NCBI GenBank assembly: GCA_049967475.1
Contig: JBMFSQ010000003.1
Span: 120,587-184,586 of the forward strand
Reading direction: 5' to 3'
Length of the DNA stretch: 64,000 nt
From: Chthonomonadales bacterium
GTDB taxonomy: Bacteria > Armatimonadota > Chthonomonadetes > Chthonomonadales > CAJBBX01
Part shown: one piece after another, positions 18,165 to 28,867 of the stretch
Layout: each line of letters begins with the position of its first letter
Numbering within the stretch: position 1 is the stretch's first letter
Translations under genes and position numbers: made by a program
Notes under the pieces: model-generated
The model's database searches: none
What the model was told of the DNA's origin: nothing
Seen by the model: the letters and a program-made list of their open reading frames with translations, nothing else

Positions 18165-20228
18165 GTGCGCCATCGTATACGGGTTGCATTTGGTTTATGG
18201 ATTTGCCTAGGCGCTGCAATCAATGGGCCGCTGCAGGCGGAGCCTTCCAGGGGCCACCGTGCCGTGATTTATCGGGACGGCTTTGGAGTTCCTTCCATTC
18301 AGGCAAACCGATTGGAGGATGCGGTTTACGCGCTTGGGTATGTTACGGGGACGGATTGCCCCGAGCGCATGTGCCTCAACTACAAACAGGCAAGGGGACG
18401 GATGGCGGAGGTGCAAGGGCGCCAGGCTCTCTTGGGCGACACGTTCATTCGATCGCTGGGAATGGAGGAGGCCGCGCAGGCGCAAGTTCGGCGGCTCGCT
18501 CCATATCAGCGGCAACTCATCAACGCCTTCTGCCAGGGCGCCAACCGGGCAATCGCAGAACGTAAGAGTCAACTTCCTGCCTGGATCCAGCCTGTGACAC
18601 CCGCAGACGTGTTGGCCCTCGCACAGTTCGTAAACTCAGCCTTCCCCCTGCTGAGCATCGCACAATCTCTGCTGCCCGGCTTCGGCTCAAACCAGTTTGC
18701 CATCGCAGCCCGGCGCACAGCGGACGGCCACGCGATTGTGTCCATGGATCCTCACCTTACGTGGGACGGGCCCCTCGTATGGTATGAATTTGCGTTTTAT
18801 TCGCCGGGTCTCAATTTCCGCGGCGTAACCATTCCTGGCTTGCCCTTCGGAGTGATGGGCCACACAGATCGGGTTGCCTGGTGTATGACCAACAACGATC
18901 CCTCACTCTTTGCCCTCTACCAGGTGCGGGTGAACCCGGCGAACCCGCACCAATATAACGCCTATGGAAAGTGGCGCAATTTCGAAGAGGTGCCCATCGA
19001 GCTTCGATACCGGGAAGGATCCACGCTGCGCACGGTGCGGCAGATGGTTCGGAAGACGATTTGGGGGCCGCTTGCTCCCTTCACATCCACGGCCGTGGAC
19101 CTGACCACGGTAGGGCATTGGGGCATGCTGGATGAAGCGCTGGACATGGCTCGCGCCCACGATGCCCGTGACTTTCGGAAGGCTCTGAAGAAGTTGGGCA
19201 TCTCCATGTGGAACATCGTGTACGCGGACATTCACGGTACCATCGGGTATCAGTACAATGCCCGCGTGCCGCGCCGGGACGCCAGTTTCGATTGGCGCAA
19301 ATCCGTTCCAGGGGAAGATCCCCGCACGCGGCTCGGCGCGCCCTGGCCATTGGACGACCTGCCGCATGTGGAAAATCCGGCGTCCGGATTGTTGGTGAAT
19401 TGCAATTCTGCTCCATGGCTTACGCCTCTGGGAGATGAACTGAGGGCCGGTAGCTGGCCGGCCTATGTTACCTCCAGCGGACGGACCACGCGCTACGATC
19501 GCCTTGCTGCGCTCCTTAAAGGGTTGGACCACACCGTCACACCTCAAAAGGCCATGACCATTGCCACGGACACGCTGGTGCCCTATGCGCGTGAAACCGC
19601 GGCGGCATTGGAGGCGGCGTTCGGCCGCTTTGGGGCCGACGGCAACCCGGATCTCGCCGGTGGGATAAGCATACTTCGGGGCTGGAACGGAAGGGCGGAT
19701 ATCGCTTCCGAAGGATGTGGCCTGTATTTTTACTGGCTCAACTCGGGCACGGATGTGGTGGCTCTTTCCCAAAAAGCCGGGCGCGGGGAGGATTGGTCTG
19801 CGGACGAAAGTCGCGAGGCGCTGCGCGCCTTGGGGCAAGCCGTACGGCGCATGAAGGCGGATCACGGGCGTCTGGACGTCCCGTGGGGCGAAATGCACTA
19901 CTCATTGCGGGACGGCCATCGTGCGCCTGTGAGCGGCTTTCAATATGGACCGATCGTAGCCGTGGTGCCCAATACCGGTCCGTTTCGCAACGGGAATATC
20001 GAGTGCAACGTCGGATCGAGCTTCCGCATGATTGTAGATCTGGATCCCAAAGGGGTGCGGTCCTGGGCGATCCTTCCCTATGGAGAGGTCCAAGATCCTA
20101 AGAGCCCGCACTTTGCAGACCAACAGGTTCTCTTTGGGCGGGGCGGGTACAAGGATACGCTGTTCGGGCTGGAGAGGATCCGGCGGGGTGCAGCGTCAAC
20201 AATGCAATTGGTGTGGGGCGCCCATTGA
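18165..20228 (+). CDS. Secreted penicillin acylase / AHL-acylase family Ntn hydrolase
   Basis: Signal peptide, IYRDGFGVPSI, G/SNQFA nucleophile Ser, DPHL.W, NIVYAD..G.IGY, SPHFADQ; GAGGAGG RBS before GTG 18165. Confidence 0.92.
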   Translation: MRHRIRVAFGLWICLGAAINGPLQAEPSRGHRAVIYRDGFGVPSIQANRLEDAVYALGYVTGTDCPERMCLNYKQARGRMAEVQGRQALLGDTFIRSLGMEEAAQAQVRRLAPYQRQLINAFCQGANRAIAERKSQLPAWIQPVTPADVLALAQFVNSAFPLLSIAQSLLPGFGSNQFAIAARRTADGHAIVSMDPHLTWDGPLVWYEFAFYSPGLNFRGVTIPGLPFGVMGHTDRVAWCMTNNDPSLFALYQVRVNPANPHQYNAYGKWRNFEEVPIELRYREGSTLRTVRQMVRKTIWGPLAPFTSTAVDLTTVGHWGMLDEALDMARAHDARDFRKALKKLGISMWNIVYADIHGTIGYQYNARVPRRDASFDWRKSVPGEDPRTRLGAPWPLDDLPHVENPASGLLVNCNSAPWLTPLGDELRAGSWPAYVTSSGRTTRYDRLAALLKGLDHTVTPQKAMTIATDTLVPYARETAAALEAAFGRFGADGNPDLAGGISILRGWNGRADIASEGCGLYFYWLNSGTDVVALSQKAGRGEDWSADESREALRALGQAVRRMKADHGRLDVPWGEMHYSLRDGHRAPVSGFQYGPIVAVVPNTGPFRNGNIECNVGSSFRMIVDLDPKGVRSWAILPYGEVQDPKSPHFADQQVLFGRGGYKDTLFGLERIRRGAASTMQLVWGAH

Positions 20229-20330
20229 CACACACGGATGTTTGCATCCGTGGCTTGGCAAAAGGCCACCCGCCGGCTGCCGATGCCTAACCTCAACGCA
20301 TCGGGAGATGCCGGAAGGTATTGGGTGGGC

Positions 20331-20374
20331 AAAAGCGTCGGGCGCCTCCAGCTTGTTGCACCGAGAGGCGCCCG
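20331..20374 (-). terminator. Putative terminator downstream of clpC
   Basis: CGGGCGCCTC/GAGGCGCCCG inverted repeat followed on the minus strand by ACGCTTTT. Confidence 0.5.
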
Positions 20375-20395
20375 GGTTAGCGGTCCGTACGAACT

Positions 20396-22891
20396 CTAGC
20401 CTACGCCTGCGGGTTCTTCAACAGGAGGCGGCGCCTCCGACGGTTCCTCGCGGACGAACACGATATCCCCGTCCTTCACCTCAGCGCGAATGATGTCGCC
20501 GGCCTGGAAGGCGCCCAGAAGAAGCTGCTCCGCCAGGGGGTCCTCGATCATGCGTTGGACGGCACGGCGCAAGGGTCTTGCCCCAAATTGGGGATCGAAG
20601 CCCTCTTTGGCCAAGATATTCTTGGCTTCGTCCGTAACTTTCAGCTCCATCCCCTGTTGGCGCACTTGATGGGCCACCCGATCCAGCATGAGGTCTACAA
20701 TCTGAAGGATCTCTCCGCTTGTAAGGGCATGGAAGACGATGGTTTCGTCTATACGGTTGAGGAACTCAGGCCGGAAGACCTTCTTCATCTCTTCCATGAC
20801 CTTGCCCTTCATGGCATCATAGGAGCGGGCATCTTCGTCCACCTTTTGAGGTGTGCGCAGTCCGATGCCGGGCTCGCGGTGGATCATCCGGGCTCCGATG
20901 TTGGAGGTCATGATGATCACGGTGTTCTTGAAGTCAATCACCCTTCCCTGGCTGTCGGTTAAGCGGCCGTCTTCGGCAACCTGAAGCAGGATGTTGAAGA
21001 CCTCCGGATGAGCCTTTTCGATCTCGTCCAGCAGAACCACGGAGTACGGGTTGCGCCGCACGGCCTCGGTAAGCTGGCCTCCCTCTTCGTACCCTACGTA
21101 ACCTGGGGGTGCGCCAACGAGCCGGCTTACCGCGAAGCGTTCCATGTACTCCGACATGTCAATGCGGATGAGGTTGTTTTCGTTATCGAATAGGAACGCC
21201 GCCAGCGCTCGCGCCAACTCGGTTTTGCCTACGCCGGTTGGTCCCAGGAAGATGAACGTGCCCATGGGACGTTTCGGATCCTTCATGCCGCTGCGGGCAC
21301 GTCGCACGGCTTTGGATACGGCCACGATGGCTTCGTGTTGGCCGATGATGCGCTTGTGGAGCTCCTCTTCCATGCGGAGAAGCTTCTGCGTTTCGGCCTC
21401 AACGAGGCGGCTCACGGGGATGCCGGTCCAGCTTTGGACGATGTTGGCAATCTCGTCCTCGCCCACCACGCGCTTCAGCTCTTCGCGGTGGTTCTTCCAT
21501 TCCAGCTCCATTTCGTCAATGGATGCCTTGAGTTTGCGCTCTCGGTTCTCCAGCTCATAGGCCTTTTCATACTGGTTGTTCCGGGATACGGTTTGGAGTT
21601 CCTTTTGTACTTGGAGCAGCTCGGCCTTGGCGCGCCGCAATTCCGCGGGAGGCAAGGCGTACTGCAGGCGCACGCGCGAGGCTGCTTCGTCTATAAGGTC
21701 TATGGCCTTATCCGGGAGGAAGCGATCGGTGATGTAGCGGTTGGCCAGTCGAGCGGCGGCCACAAGGGCCTCATCTGTGATCTGGACCTTGTGGTGCTGC
21801 TCGTATCGGTCGCGCAGTCCCTTGAGGATCTCGATGCATTCTTCCTCGGAAGGCTCGGCAACTTTGATGGGCTGGAACCGCCGTTGGAGGGCCGCATCCC
21901 GCTCGATATACTTGCGGAATTCATCCATAGTGGTGGCGCCGATGCACTGGAGTTCTCCGCGCGCGAGGGCGGGCTTCATGATGTTGGATGCGTCAATGGC
22001 GCCTTCGGCGGCTCCTGCACCAACGAGCGTATGAAGTTCGTCTATGAAGAGGATCACCTCGCCGGCGGCTTTGCGCACTTCTTCCATGACGCGCTTCATG
22101 CGCTCTTCGAATTCGCCGCGGTACTTTGTGCCGGCTACGAGCCCTGCCAAGTCCAAGGACACGATGCGCCGGTCTCGCAGCATCTCGGGCACATCACCCG
22201 ACACGATGCGTTGAGCGAGCCCTTCTGCGATTGCGGTCTTTCCTACGCCGGGTTCTCCGAGGAGGCAAGGATTGTTCTTCGTGCGCCTCGAGAGGATCTG
22301 GATGACGCGCTCGATTTCGGTATTCCGGCCCACCACAGGGTCCAGCTTATCGTTGCGCGCCAGCTCCGTTAGGTCTCGGCCGAATTCGTCGAGTGTGGGG
22401 GTGCGGGACCGATGCTGGCGAGCAGACGAGGATCCGGAGCTGCTTCCTGTGGTGGCATCGGTGTCCTGCAAGGCCATCACTTCGCGGCGCGTGCGCTCGA
22501 GATCTACACCAAGTTTCGCCAAGACACGGCCTGCCAGTCCTTCGCCTTCGCGGATCAGGCCAAGCAGAAGGTGCTCCGTTCCGATGTAATTGTTGTTGAG
22601 TTGCCTTGCCTCATCATAGGCGAGGTCAATCACGCGCTTGGCCCTTGGGGTAAGCTGCATATCTTGGCCAAGGCGGCCGTCCCCGCGTGTAACCTGGCGC
22701 TCAATCTCAGAGCGGATCCTGCCGAGGCTCACGCCCATACGGTCCAGGATGCGTGCAGCGACACTATCATTCTCACGCACAAGGCCCAGCAGAAGGTGTT
22801 CCGTACTCACATAGTTCTCGCCGAGCCTGCCGGCCTCTTCCTGGGCGAAGAACACAACGCGCCGCGCCCGCTCTGTAAATCTCTGCCACAT
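20396..22891 (-). CDS. clpC: ATP-dependent Clp protease ATPase ClpC
   Basis: Two Clp-N repeats, two Walker A motifs ([16 protein letters not shown]), UVR-like middle domain, IGL ClpP-docking loop. Confidence 0.97.
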   Translation of the reverse strand: MWQRFTERARRVVFFAQEEAGRLGENYVSTEHLLLGLVRENDSVAARILDRMGVSLGRIRSEIERQVTRGDGRLGQDMQLTPRAKRVIDLAYDEARQLNNNYIGTEHLLLGLIREGEGLAGRVLAKLGVDLERTRREVMALQDTDATTGSSSGSSSARQHRSRTPTLDEFGRDLTELARNDKLDPVVGRNTEIERVIQILSRRTKNNPCLLGEPGVGKTAIAEGLAQRIVSGDVPEMLRDRRIVSLDLAGLVAGTKYRGEFEERMKRVMEEVRKAAGEVILFIDELHTLVGAGAAEGAIDASNIMKPALARGELQCIGATTMDEFRKYIERDAALQRRFQPIKVAEPSEEECIEILKGLRDRYEQHHKVQITDEALVAAARLANRYITDRFLPDKAIDLIDEAASRVRLQYALPPAELRRAKAELLQVQKELQTVSRNNQYEKAYELENRERKLKASIDEMELEWKNHREELKRVVGEDEIANIVQSWTGIPVSRLVEAETQKLLRMEEELHKRIIGQHEAIVAVSKAVRRARSGMKDPKRPMGTFIFLGPTGVGKTELARALAAFLFDNENNLIRIDMSEYMERFAVSRLVGAPPGYVGYEEGGQLTEAVRRNPYSVVLLDEIEKAHPEVFNILLQVAEDGRLTDSQGRVIDFKNTVIIMTSNIGARMIHREPGIGLRTPQKVDEDARSYDAMKGKVMEEMKKVFRPEFLNRIDETIVFHALTSGEILQIVDLMLDRVAHQVRQQGMELKVTDEAKNILAKEGFDPQFGARPLRRAVQRMIEDPLAEQLLLGAFQAGDIIRAEVKDGDIVFVREEPSEAPPPVEEPAGVG

Positions 22892-23095
22892 GGATTTCGG
22901 TTCCTCCTCTGCACGCCGCCGTCACCGAGGGCTCGCCGTCAAGCGCCAACCCTGATGCCGCATGCGGCCGCGTGCAGAATACTGCGCACGTGCCAATCGT
23001 ATTATGTACCCGAAGCTGGCTGGATCAACACCCCCTCGTCTACGGGTATGCTCGTGCAATGCGCCGCCTGTGAAGACATCGCTGGGCGATCTCGT

Positions 23096-24205
23096 TCACA
23101 TATCTGTTCTACCAGATAATCCGGCGTTTGTGGTAGGCAAAGTTCCCCTTTCGCGTGCACGCATTCTCGCCCGCAGTGCGGCGCCATACCGTATGGCGTC
23201 GAAGCGCTCGGCAGCAGTCTCGGCGGGGCTGCCCGCGGGGATGCTCAAACCTGCTGCGGCAATCGCCAGCCACTCCTCAACTTCCCGCCGGTCCACCGAG
23301 ATAACGCCTTCAAATGCGGCCAGCCGCAACAAGGAAGCAATCCAGAGCAATTCCGCCGTGGACACCGAACCTTCAAAGAGAAGCTCGAGGGCTTGTTTCG
23401 CCTGGTCGGCCAAGTCCCGCTTCGCAGCGCGGCCGTGGTAGAGCTCCATGCGGGCTCTGCGCTCCGCTTCCACAAGGTATGCAGCGGTGGCGCTGACCCT
23501 TGCCGCCCACCGTTCCACACTGGAACCATGCGAAGTCCCGTTGCTTATCTGGTAGAGTGCACCGATGGGGCGACTGTTCTCTCCGTACACCCCGCGCACT
23601 GCCGAACCGAGGTCTCGAGCAGCCCGTAAGGTTTGTGCTAACGTTCCCATCTGGGTGAGACCCATCAGTTGGACCAATACGCTCAAGCGCATTCCTGTAC
23701 CTGCGTTGGCTGGAGAGGCCGTCAAGTACCCTATGCCTTCCTTCCATGCAAATCTGAGCGACTGTGACAGGCGCTTGAGTTCGAACTGGGCGACGTCCAG
23801 GCACTGGTCCCCCTGGAGCCCCGGCAGCAGCGTTTGCAACCGTACATGGTCCTCCTCATTGATGAGAAGGGATGTTGCCCCGTCCGAACCGATGATGAGG
23901 TAGCTCTCCAGCGTGGAGTTGCTCCAATCCGCGGTGGCATACCTCATAGTGACGAGCTCAGCCCTTTGTTCCGGAGTGGTCTGCCGTACAGCCACGTGGA
24001 TGCCTTCTGAAATCGCGCCGGGCCCCAAGCTCGCTGCTTCAACGACAGCCTGAGCGATCCTCCGCAGTTGATACTCGGTACAGCGCCATGGAAACGGAAA
24101 TCCATCCAGATTCCTTGCCAGCCGGCATCGGGAAGACACAACGACGTCGTCGCTGGGACCGCGATCCTTCAACCAGAGGGGTGCAGGCACTTGAGGAAGT
24201 ACCAT
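23096..24205 (-). CDS. mcsB: McsB-like ATP:guanido phosphotransferase (protein-arginine kinase family) with Cys-to-Ser in the active-site motif
   Basis: SSRCRLARN, INEEDH.R.Q, GYLTASPANAGTG.R.SV, VRG.YGE, YQISN; directly upstream of clpC. Confidence 0.9.
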   Translation of the reverse strand: MVLPQVPAPLWLKDRGPSDDVVVSSRCRLARNLDGFPFPWRCTEYQLRRIAQAVVEAASLGPGAISEGIHVAVRQTTPEQRAELVTMRYATADWSNSTLESYLIIGSDGATSLLINEEDHVRLQTLLPGLQGDQCLDVAQFELKRLSQSLRFAWKEGIGYLTASPANAGTGMRLSVLVQLMGLTQMGTLAQTLRAARDLGSAVRGVYGENSRPIGALYQISNGTSHGSSVERWAARVSATAAYLVEAERRARMELYHGRAAKRDLADQAKQALELLFEGSVSTAELLWIASLLRLAAFEGVISVDRREVEEWLAIAAAGLSIPAGSPAETAAERFDAIRYGAALRARMRARERGTLPTTNAGLSGRTDM

Positions 24206-24325
24206 GGCGCTAAATATCCGGTTCCATTTCGCTCACAGACCGCTGAGCGCAGGCGGCCGACGACCGCGGTGTCCGGTTGCGAAGGTGTGCGCATACGTCT
24301 CCGCGCCCTGAAGGCCGCAAAGATC

Positions 24326-24664
24326 TCATTCTGTAAGCGGCAGGACGATGTTGAATGCAGAATAGCATTCCGGGCAGCCCAGCAATCGAGACGTGAAGGC
24401 TGCTTCCCAGGTGAGGCCGCAGGCGGGGCACATGTTCCGGCGCGCGCGGTTGTCCGCCAACCGGGCCCCTGACACGGCGGCGCCTTCCCCGGATGCCTCG
24501 GGAGCCCACGCGTTAAGGAAGCGGATCACTTCGGCGCTCACGCCCTTCCTCGCCAGAACCGCAGGCAGGCACCGATAGCAGACGTCCACCGGCGCACCGC
24601 TGTCGGTTACGCGCCAGGCCGCCAACCAAGAGCAGAACGTGCATACGGCTGAAACCGTGGCCAC
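24326..24664 (-). CDS. mcsA: Short McsA-like zinc-binding protein without UVR domain
   Basis: Four CxxC motifs (CTFC, CYRC, CPAC, CPEC), with CP.CG.T......LGCPECY.AF typical of McsA; upstream of mcsB. Confidence 0.75.
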   Translation of the reverse strand: MATVSAVCTFCSWLAAWRVTDSGAPVDVCYRCLPAVLARKGVSAEVIRFLNAWAPEASGEGAAVSGARLADNRARRNMCPACGLTWEAAFTSRLLGCPECYSAFNIVLPLTE

Positions 24665-25539
24665 TAGACCTGCACCCCTTGCGTTTGCGTTGCCGATCGG
24701 AATGCTTCGATAAGGCGGTTCGTGACGGGCCCGGGCTTACCGCGACCGATCGGCCGGCCGTCCAAGCGAACCATGGGGATCACTTCTGCCGCTGTGCCGG
24801 TGAGGAAGGCCTCGTCGGCGTTGTAGCAGTCGAAGAGGGTCACGACGGTCTCTCGGACAGGAATGGAAAGCTGAGCTGCACATTCGATGACTGTGGCCCG
24901 GGTGATGCCGGGCAACGCGCCCTGGCTTGTTGGAGGCGTAATGAGTTCTCCGCCGATCACGAGGAACACGTTATCGCCTGTAGCCTCGGCTACGTTTCCT
25001 TCCATGTTCAGCATGAGAGCTTCCCCAGCCCCTACACGGTTGGCCTCCATTTTGGCAAGGATGTTGTTGATGTACCGTCCCAACGACTTGATCTGGGGAT
25101 CAATGCACACGGCTGGGGGAACGCGCGTGGAGGCAGTGATGACGTCCAATCCGTTGTCATACATGGAGGCCGGATAGAGCCGGAGCTGTTCCGTAGACAC
25201 CACCACCGTGCTCGTGCAGTCAATGTGGCTGGGATCGAGACCCAGGCCGATGCCCCTGGACACGCTTACGCGGATGTATCCCGACGCCATTCCATTGGCC
25301 CGTACGGTGTCAACGATTGCCTTCTGCATCTGGGGAAGAGGCATGCGGATCGTTAGGGCCAGCGCATGGGCCGACCGGTACAGGCGGGCGAGGTGCTCTT
25401 CCAGTTTGAAGATGCGGCCGTTGTAGACCCGTATGCCTTCGAATACGCCGTCTCCGTAAAGGAAGCCATGATCGTATATGGAAACGGCGGCTTGTTCCTT
25501 AGGAATGAGAGTGTCATTTAGGAATACCTGTTCGGGCAT
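24664..25539 (-). CDS. ilvE: Branched-chain amino acid aminotransferase
   Basis: DHGFLYGDGVFEGIR, EATGDNVF, LPGITR, EAFLTGTAAEVIP. Confidence 0.95.
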   Translation of the reverse strand: MPEQVFLNDTLIPKEQAAVSIYDHGFLYGDGVFEGIRVYNGRIFKLEEHLARLYRSAHALALTIRMPLPQMQKAIVDTVRANGMASGYIRVSVSRGIGLGLDPSHIDCTSTVVVSTEQLRLYPASMYDNGLDVITASTRVPPAVCIDPQIKSLGRYINNILAKMEANRVGAGEALMLNMEGNVAEATGDNVFLVIGGELITPPTSQGALPGITRATVIECAAQLSIPVRETVVTLFDCYNADEAFLTGTAAEVIPMVRLDGRPIGRGKPGPVTNRLIEAFRSATQTQGVQV

Positions 25540-25676
25540 AGAGCCTCCTTCCCTGGGCCGGATGCGCGGGCCCCGTAGCGATTATAGCCTAGCCGCAAAG
25601 TTCCTGCTCCGATGATCCGATGGGCGTGTGAGAGCGGCCGCAAGAAGCACTTTGTAGGCCACAGGCGCGCCCATCA

Positions 25677-26492
25677 CTACTGGCCGAGCTCCGCAGACCG
25701 GATGGCGGCGCGCTCCACTGCGTCAATAAGCGCCGCACGGAAGCCGGCCTGCTCAAGGGCGGCAAGGGCTGTAATCGTCGTGCCGGATGGGGTAGCCACC
25801 ATATCCTTGAGTTCTGCGGGATGGCGCCCCGTTTGGATCACCATTTGCGCTGCGCCAAGCACCGTTTGGGCGGCAAGTTGATGGGCAAGTTCGCGCGGCA
25901 AGCCCACCTTTACACCTCCATCCACCAAGGCTTCGATCATCAGGTACACATAGGCAGGCCCGCTCCCCGAAAGGGCCGTTACAGCATCCATCATCCGCTC
26001 GTCTACCTCTACGGCCTCCCCCACGGATCTAAAGATTTCAAAGGCCCATTCCACGTGCGTGTCATTGGCGTGGGTTCCGCGGCACAGTGCGCACGCACCG
26101 GCATGAACCTGGGCAGCAGTGTTGGGCATGGCACGGATTACAGGAATTTCTTTGCGAAGGGCACTCTCGATCGTGGGAATGCGTACCCCGGCTGCAATGG
26201 ACACCAAGAGCTGGTGCGTCTGCATCACGGGCGCTATCTGTTCGAGTATGGCATGGATGGTCTGCGGCTTCACGGCGAGGATGACTACGTCGCCAAAAGC
26301 CGCGGCCTCCTCGTTGTGCAGCGTGGTGCCCACGCCGACGGTGTCCCTGAGGTTCTGCAGATGCCCTTTGTGAACGTCACTCACAAGGATCGAAGCGGTT
26401 GGCAGCACTCCGGCGCTGACCAGCCCGCGGCAAAGGGCTCCGCCCATGACCCCGGCCCCGATGATGCCGATGCGTTTGTCCTGCAGTTCCAT
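25677..26492 (-). CDS. proC: Pyrroline-5-carboxylate reductase
   Basis: GAGVMG, LAVKPQ, RAMPN, SGSGPAY, TPSGTT. Confidence 0.96.
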   Translation of the reverse strand: MELQDKRIGIIGAGVMGGALCRGLVSAGVLPTASILVSDVHKGHLQNLRDTVGVGTTLHNEEAAAFGDVVILAVKPQTIHAILEQIAPVMQTHQLLVSIAAGVRIPTIESALRKEIPVIRAMPNTAAQVHAGACALCRGTHANDTHVEWAFEIFRSVGEAVEVDERMMDAVTALSGSGPAYVYLMIEALVDGGVKVGLPRELAHQLAAQTVLGAAQMVIQTGRHPAELKDMVATPSGTTITALAALEQAGFRAALIDAVERAAIRSAELGQ

Positions 26493-26642
26493 GATGATCC
26501 TCGTAGGGCAGTATGAATGGAGGCGCTGTGCCTGTGGTTAATCCGCTGAAGATACGGATGGCCGGCGCACCCCACGACTGTGGTTTCCCGCAGTTAATGT
26601 CGCGTACGGCGGCATGAACTTCGACCGCATACTTCAAGGCAG

Positions 26643-27068
26643 CTATAGCTCGCCGTGCGGCTCTGTACCTGCGTCCAGCTCTACCTCTACATTGGCAGGA
26701 GCAAACAGGTATACCTTTTCGCCAACGCGGTCTACGGTCCCATCCAGAGCGTACGTTACGCCGCTCAAGAAATCTATGATCCGTTCCGCCATCTGAGGGG
26801 CAGCCTTCTCTAGGTTCACGATTTGCTGCTGGCCGTTCTTGAGGCCGTCCGCTGCGATGCGCGCATCGTTGAATACCGAGGCGTTGAGGCGGATCGCGAC
26901 ACGATGAGCCCTCGCGGTATCCAGTCGTATCGTACTGTGCCGGCGATTGCCGTCTTCCTCGGCATCGTGCTCCTCTTCCTCGCCGTCCTCGATGCCAAAC
27001 AGCCGGTCATGGAAGCGGCTCCAGAGGGATCTGCGGGTGTAGGGCTCCATTGGATCCTGTGTAGACAC
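26643..27068 (-). CDS. sepF: Cell division protein SepF
   Basis: N-terminal amphipathic helix plus acidic linker, IAD.LK...QIVNL, RIIDFLSG.TYALDG, YLFAP.NV. Confidence 0.93.
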   Translation of the reverse strand: MSTQDPMEPYTRRSLWSRFHDRLFGIEDGEEEEHDAEEDGNRRHSTIRLDTARAHRVAIRLNASVFNDARIAADGLKNGQQQIVNLEKAAPQMAERIIDFLSGVTYALDGTVDRVGEKVYLFAPANVEVELDAGTEPHGEL

Positions 27069-27089
27069 GATGTCCTCCCTAACGTAGGA

Positions 27090-27764
27090 TCATTGCCGGG
27101 CTCCGAAGATTGCGGTTCCCACCCGAACCATCGTAGAGCCCTCTTGGATTGCAACGTCGAAGTCTGCGCTCATCCCCATAGAGAGTACCCGCCGGTTCTC
27201 TTCCGGCAGGCGCTCAAAGATGCGCCTGAGCTCGGCGAAGTAAGGCCGGGCCTGTTCCGGGTGCTGCAGCAGAGGCGCCATGCCCATAAGCCCCGTCAAC
27301 TGCAATCCGGGTATCGCGCGCACTCGATTGCAGAAGTCTATCGTTTGGTCGGGCGGCACCCCATGCTTCGTGGCGGCCGGATCCAGCTTCACTTCCACGA
27401 GTACAGGCTGCGTGCATCCAGCGGCATTCGCACGACGCCCCAGCTCCTCCGCCAGTTCCTCACGATCCACGCTCTGAACGAGCGCGAAGCGGCCGGCTAT
27501 GTACTTGGCTTTGTTGGTCTGCAGGTGCCCGATGAAGTGCCAGCGGATCTGCCGGGGCAGCTCCTGCATCTTGGTTCTTACTTCCTGGTAATAGTTCTCT
27601 CCGAAGTCTGTGATCCCTGCCTCCCATGCCTCGCGTATGCGCTCTGTGTCTACCGTTTTGGATACGGCCACGAGTGTGATGTCCTTTGGATCACGGCCTG
27701 CCGAGAGTGCTGCTCGTGCGATGCGGGCCCGAACTTCGGCAATGTTGTTTGCTATCGAACTCAT
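27090..27764 (-). CDS. yggS: PLP homeostasis protein YggS
   Basis: [41 protein letters not shown]. Confidence 0.96.
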   Translation of the reverse strand: MSSIANNIAEVRARIARAALSAGRDPKDITLVAVSKTVDTERIREAWEAGITDFGENYYQEVRTKMQELPRQIRWHFIGHLQTNKAKYIAGRFALVQSVDREELAEELGRRANAAGCTQPVLVEVKLDPAATKHGVPPDQTIDFCNRVRAIPGLQLTGLMGMAPLLQHPEQARPYFAELRRIFERLPEENRRVLSMGMSADFDVAIQEGSTMVRVGTAIFGARQ

Positions 27765-27867
27765 GACACACCTGGCATGATGGCCCAATTCAATGGAACC
27801 CAGGGCGGGCGAACACGCGTACTGCCTTCTGAACGTCTGCGCGCCAATCCGAGGCACGCGTCCTGCT

Positions 27868-27896
27868 TTGACGCCGTCTGCGCAAAATGATATAAT
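27868..27896 (+). promoter_or_regulatory. Near-consensus sigma-70 promoter
   Basis: TTGACG-N17-TATAAT with extended TG; TAAGGAGG RBS follows. Confidence 0.75.
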
Positions 27897-27919
27897 GCCG
27901 CATTAAGGAGGATACCACC

Positions 27920-28867
27920 TTGAAGTCGCCGAGAACGCTTTTGTTCGTTTTGCTGGCAGCTTGCACGGCCGGAGGTGTGGCCCTGGCTCAGGCCCAACCG
28001 GTTTCTTCGTCTGGTGTTGGCCCGGCGGGCAGCGGGCGCGTGCTTGCTTATCAGCTCGTGCCTGGAAAGACGCTTCGGTATAAGCTTACCGCACGCATCA
28101 AGGGAACGATCCCGCTCCTCGGGACGCCTACCCCCATAGACAATGGCGTAATCTCGCTTGTGTACGCTGCTACGCCGAAGACCGTTCTGGCAGACGGTCT
28201 TTCCGACGTAGAGCTCAAGGTGGAAAGCGTAGATGTGGAACTGGAGGGCCTTCCCGTTCCCATCGGTTTGGAGGATGCCGAGAAAGTCCTCAACCAAACG
28301 GTTACCTTCTCAAAGACGGGCGAAGTGAAGAAGATTACAGGCGGTGGGCCCCTTCCATTCGGTGTGTCTATCCCAGGAGTGGATCCGAAGCGCCTCTATT
28401 CGTTGCTCTTCCCTGTGGTCTTCCCAACCGCTCCTGTGAAGCCCGGAGACACGTGGCCCTACAAGAGTGAGTTGCTGGGCGGTCAACGGAACAAGCCCGC
28501 ATTCACCGCCACACTCTTGCCGGAGGACCAGTCCGGCGCTGATCCTTCGTTGGCCCGCATCAAGACGGATTTCTCCCTGAACGTTGACCAGAACTTCGAT
28601 GGAGACCATAAGCCGGTGGCCGACGCGAGCCTGGCCCATCGCACGATGAAGGGAAAGATCTCTGGGGGCGGGATCCTCACCTTTGATGCAAATGCCGGCC
28701 GTTTTACGAAGGGACAGTTGAACATCAAAGCCGATATCTCCGACGATCTTACCGGCAAACCGCAGACCCCCGATGAACCCAAGCAGATCCCAAGCAAAGT
28801 GGACGCTGTAGTCACTCTGGAGCTTCAGCCTGATGCTCCTGCCAATACGGCATCCGGATCGCCGTAG
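27920..28867 (+). CDS. Secreted beta-rich hypothetical protein
   Basis: Promoter, strong RBS, TTG start, Sec signal peptide (ALAQA), FP..PVKPGDTW motif. Confidence 0.8.
   Translation: MKSPRTLLFVLLAACTAGGVALAQAQPVSSSGVGPAGSGRVLAYQLVPGKTLRYKLTARIKGTIPLLGTPTPIDNGVISLVYAATPKTVLADGLSDVELKVESVDVELEGLPVPIGLEDAEKVLNQTVTFSKTGEVKKITGGGPLPFGVSIPGVDPKRLYSLLFPVVFPTAPVKPGDTWPYKSELLGGQRNKPAFTATLLPEDQSGADPSLARIKTDFSLNVDQNFDGDHKPVADASLAHRTMKGKISGGGILTFDANAGRFTKGQLNIKADISDDLTGKPQTPDEPKQIPSKVDAVVTLELQPDAPANTASGSP

Noticed and set aside
21335..22372. 345-aa plus-strand ORF inside clpC
   Set aside because: Typical antisense ORF of a conserved chaperone gene
22892..23095. CtsR box or CIRCE upstream of clpC
   Set aside because: Neither GGTCAAA heptad repeats nor TTAGCACTC-N9-GAGTGCTAA is present; only a weak TTGATC-N16-CATAAT
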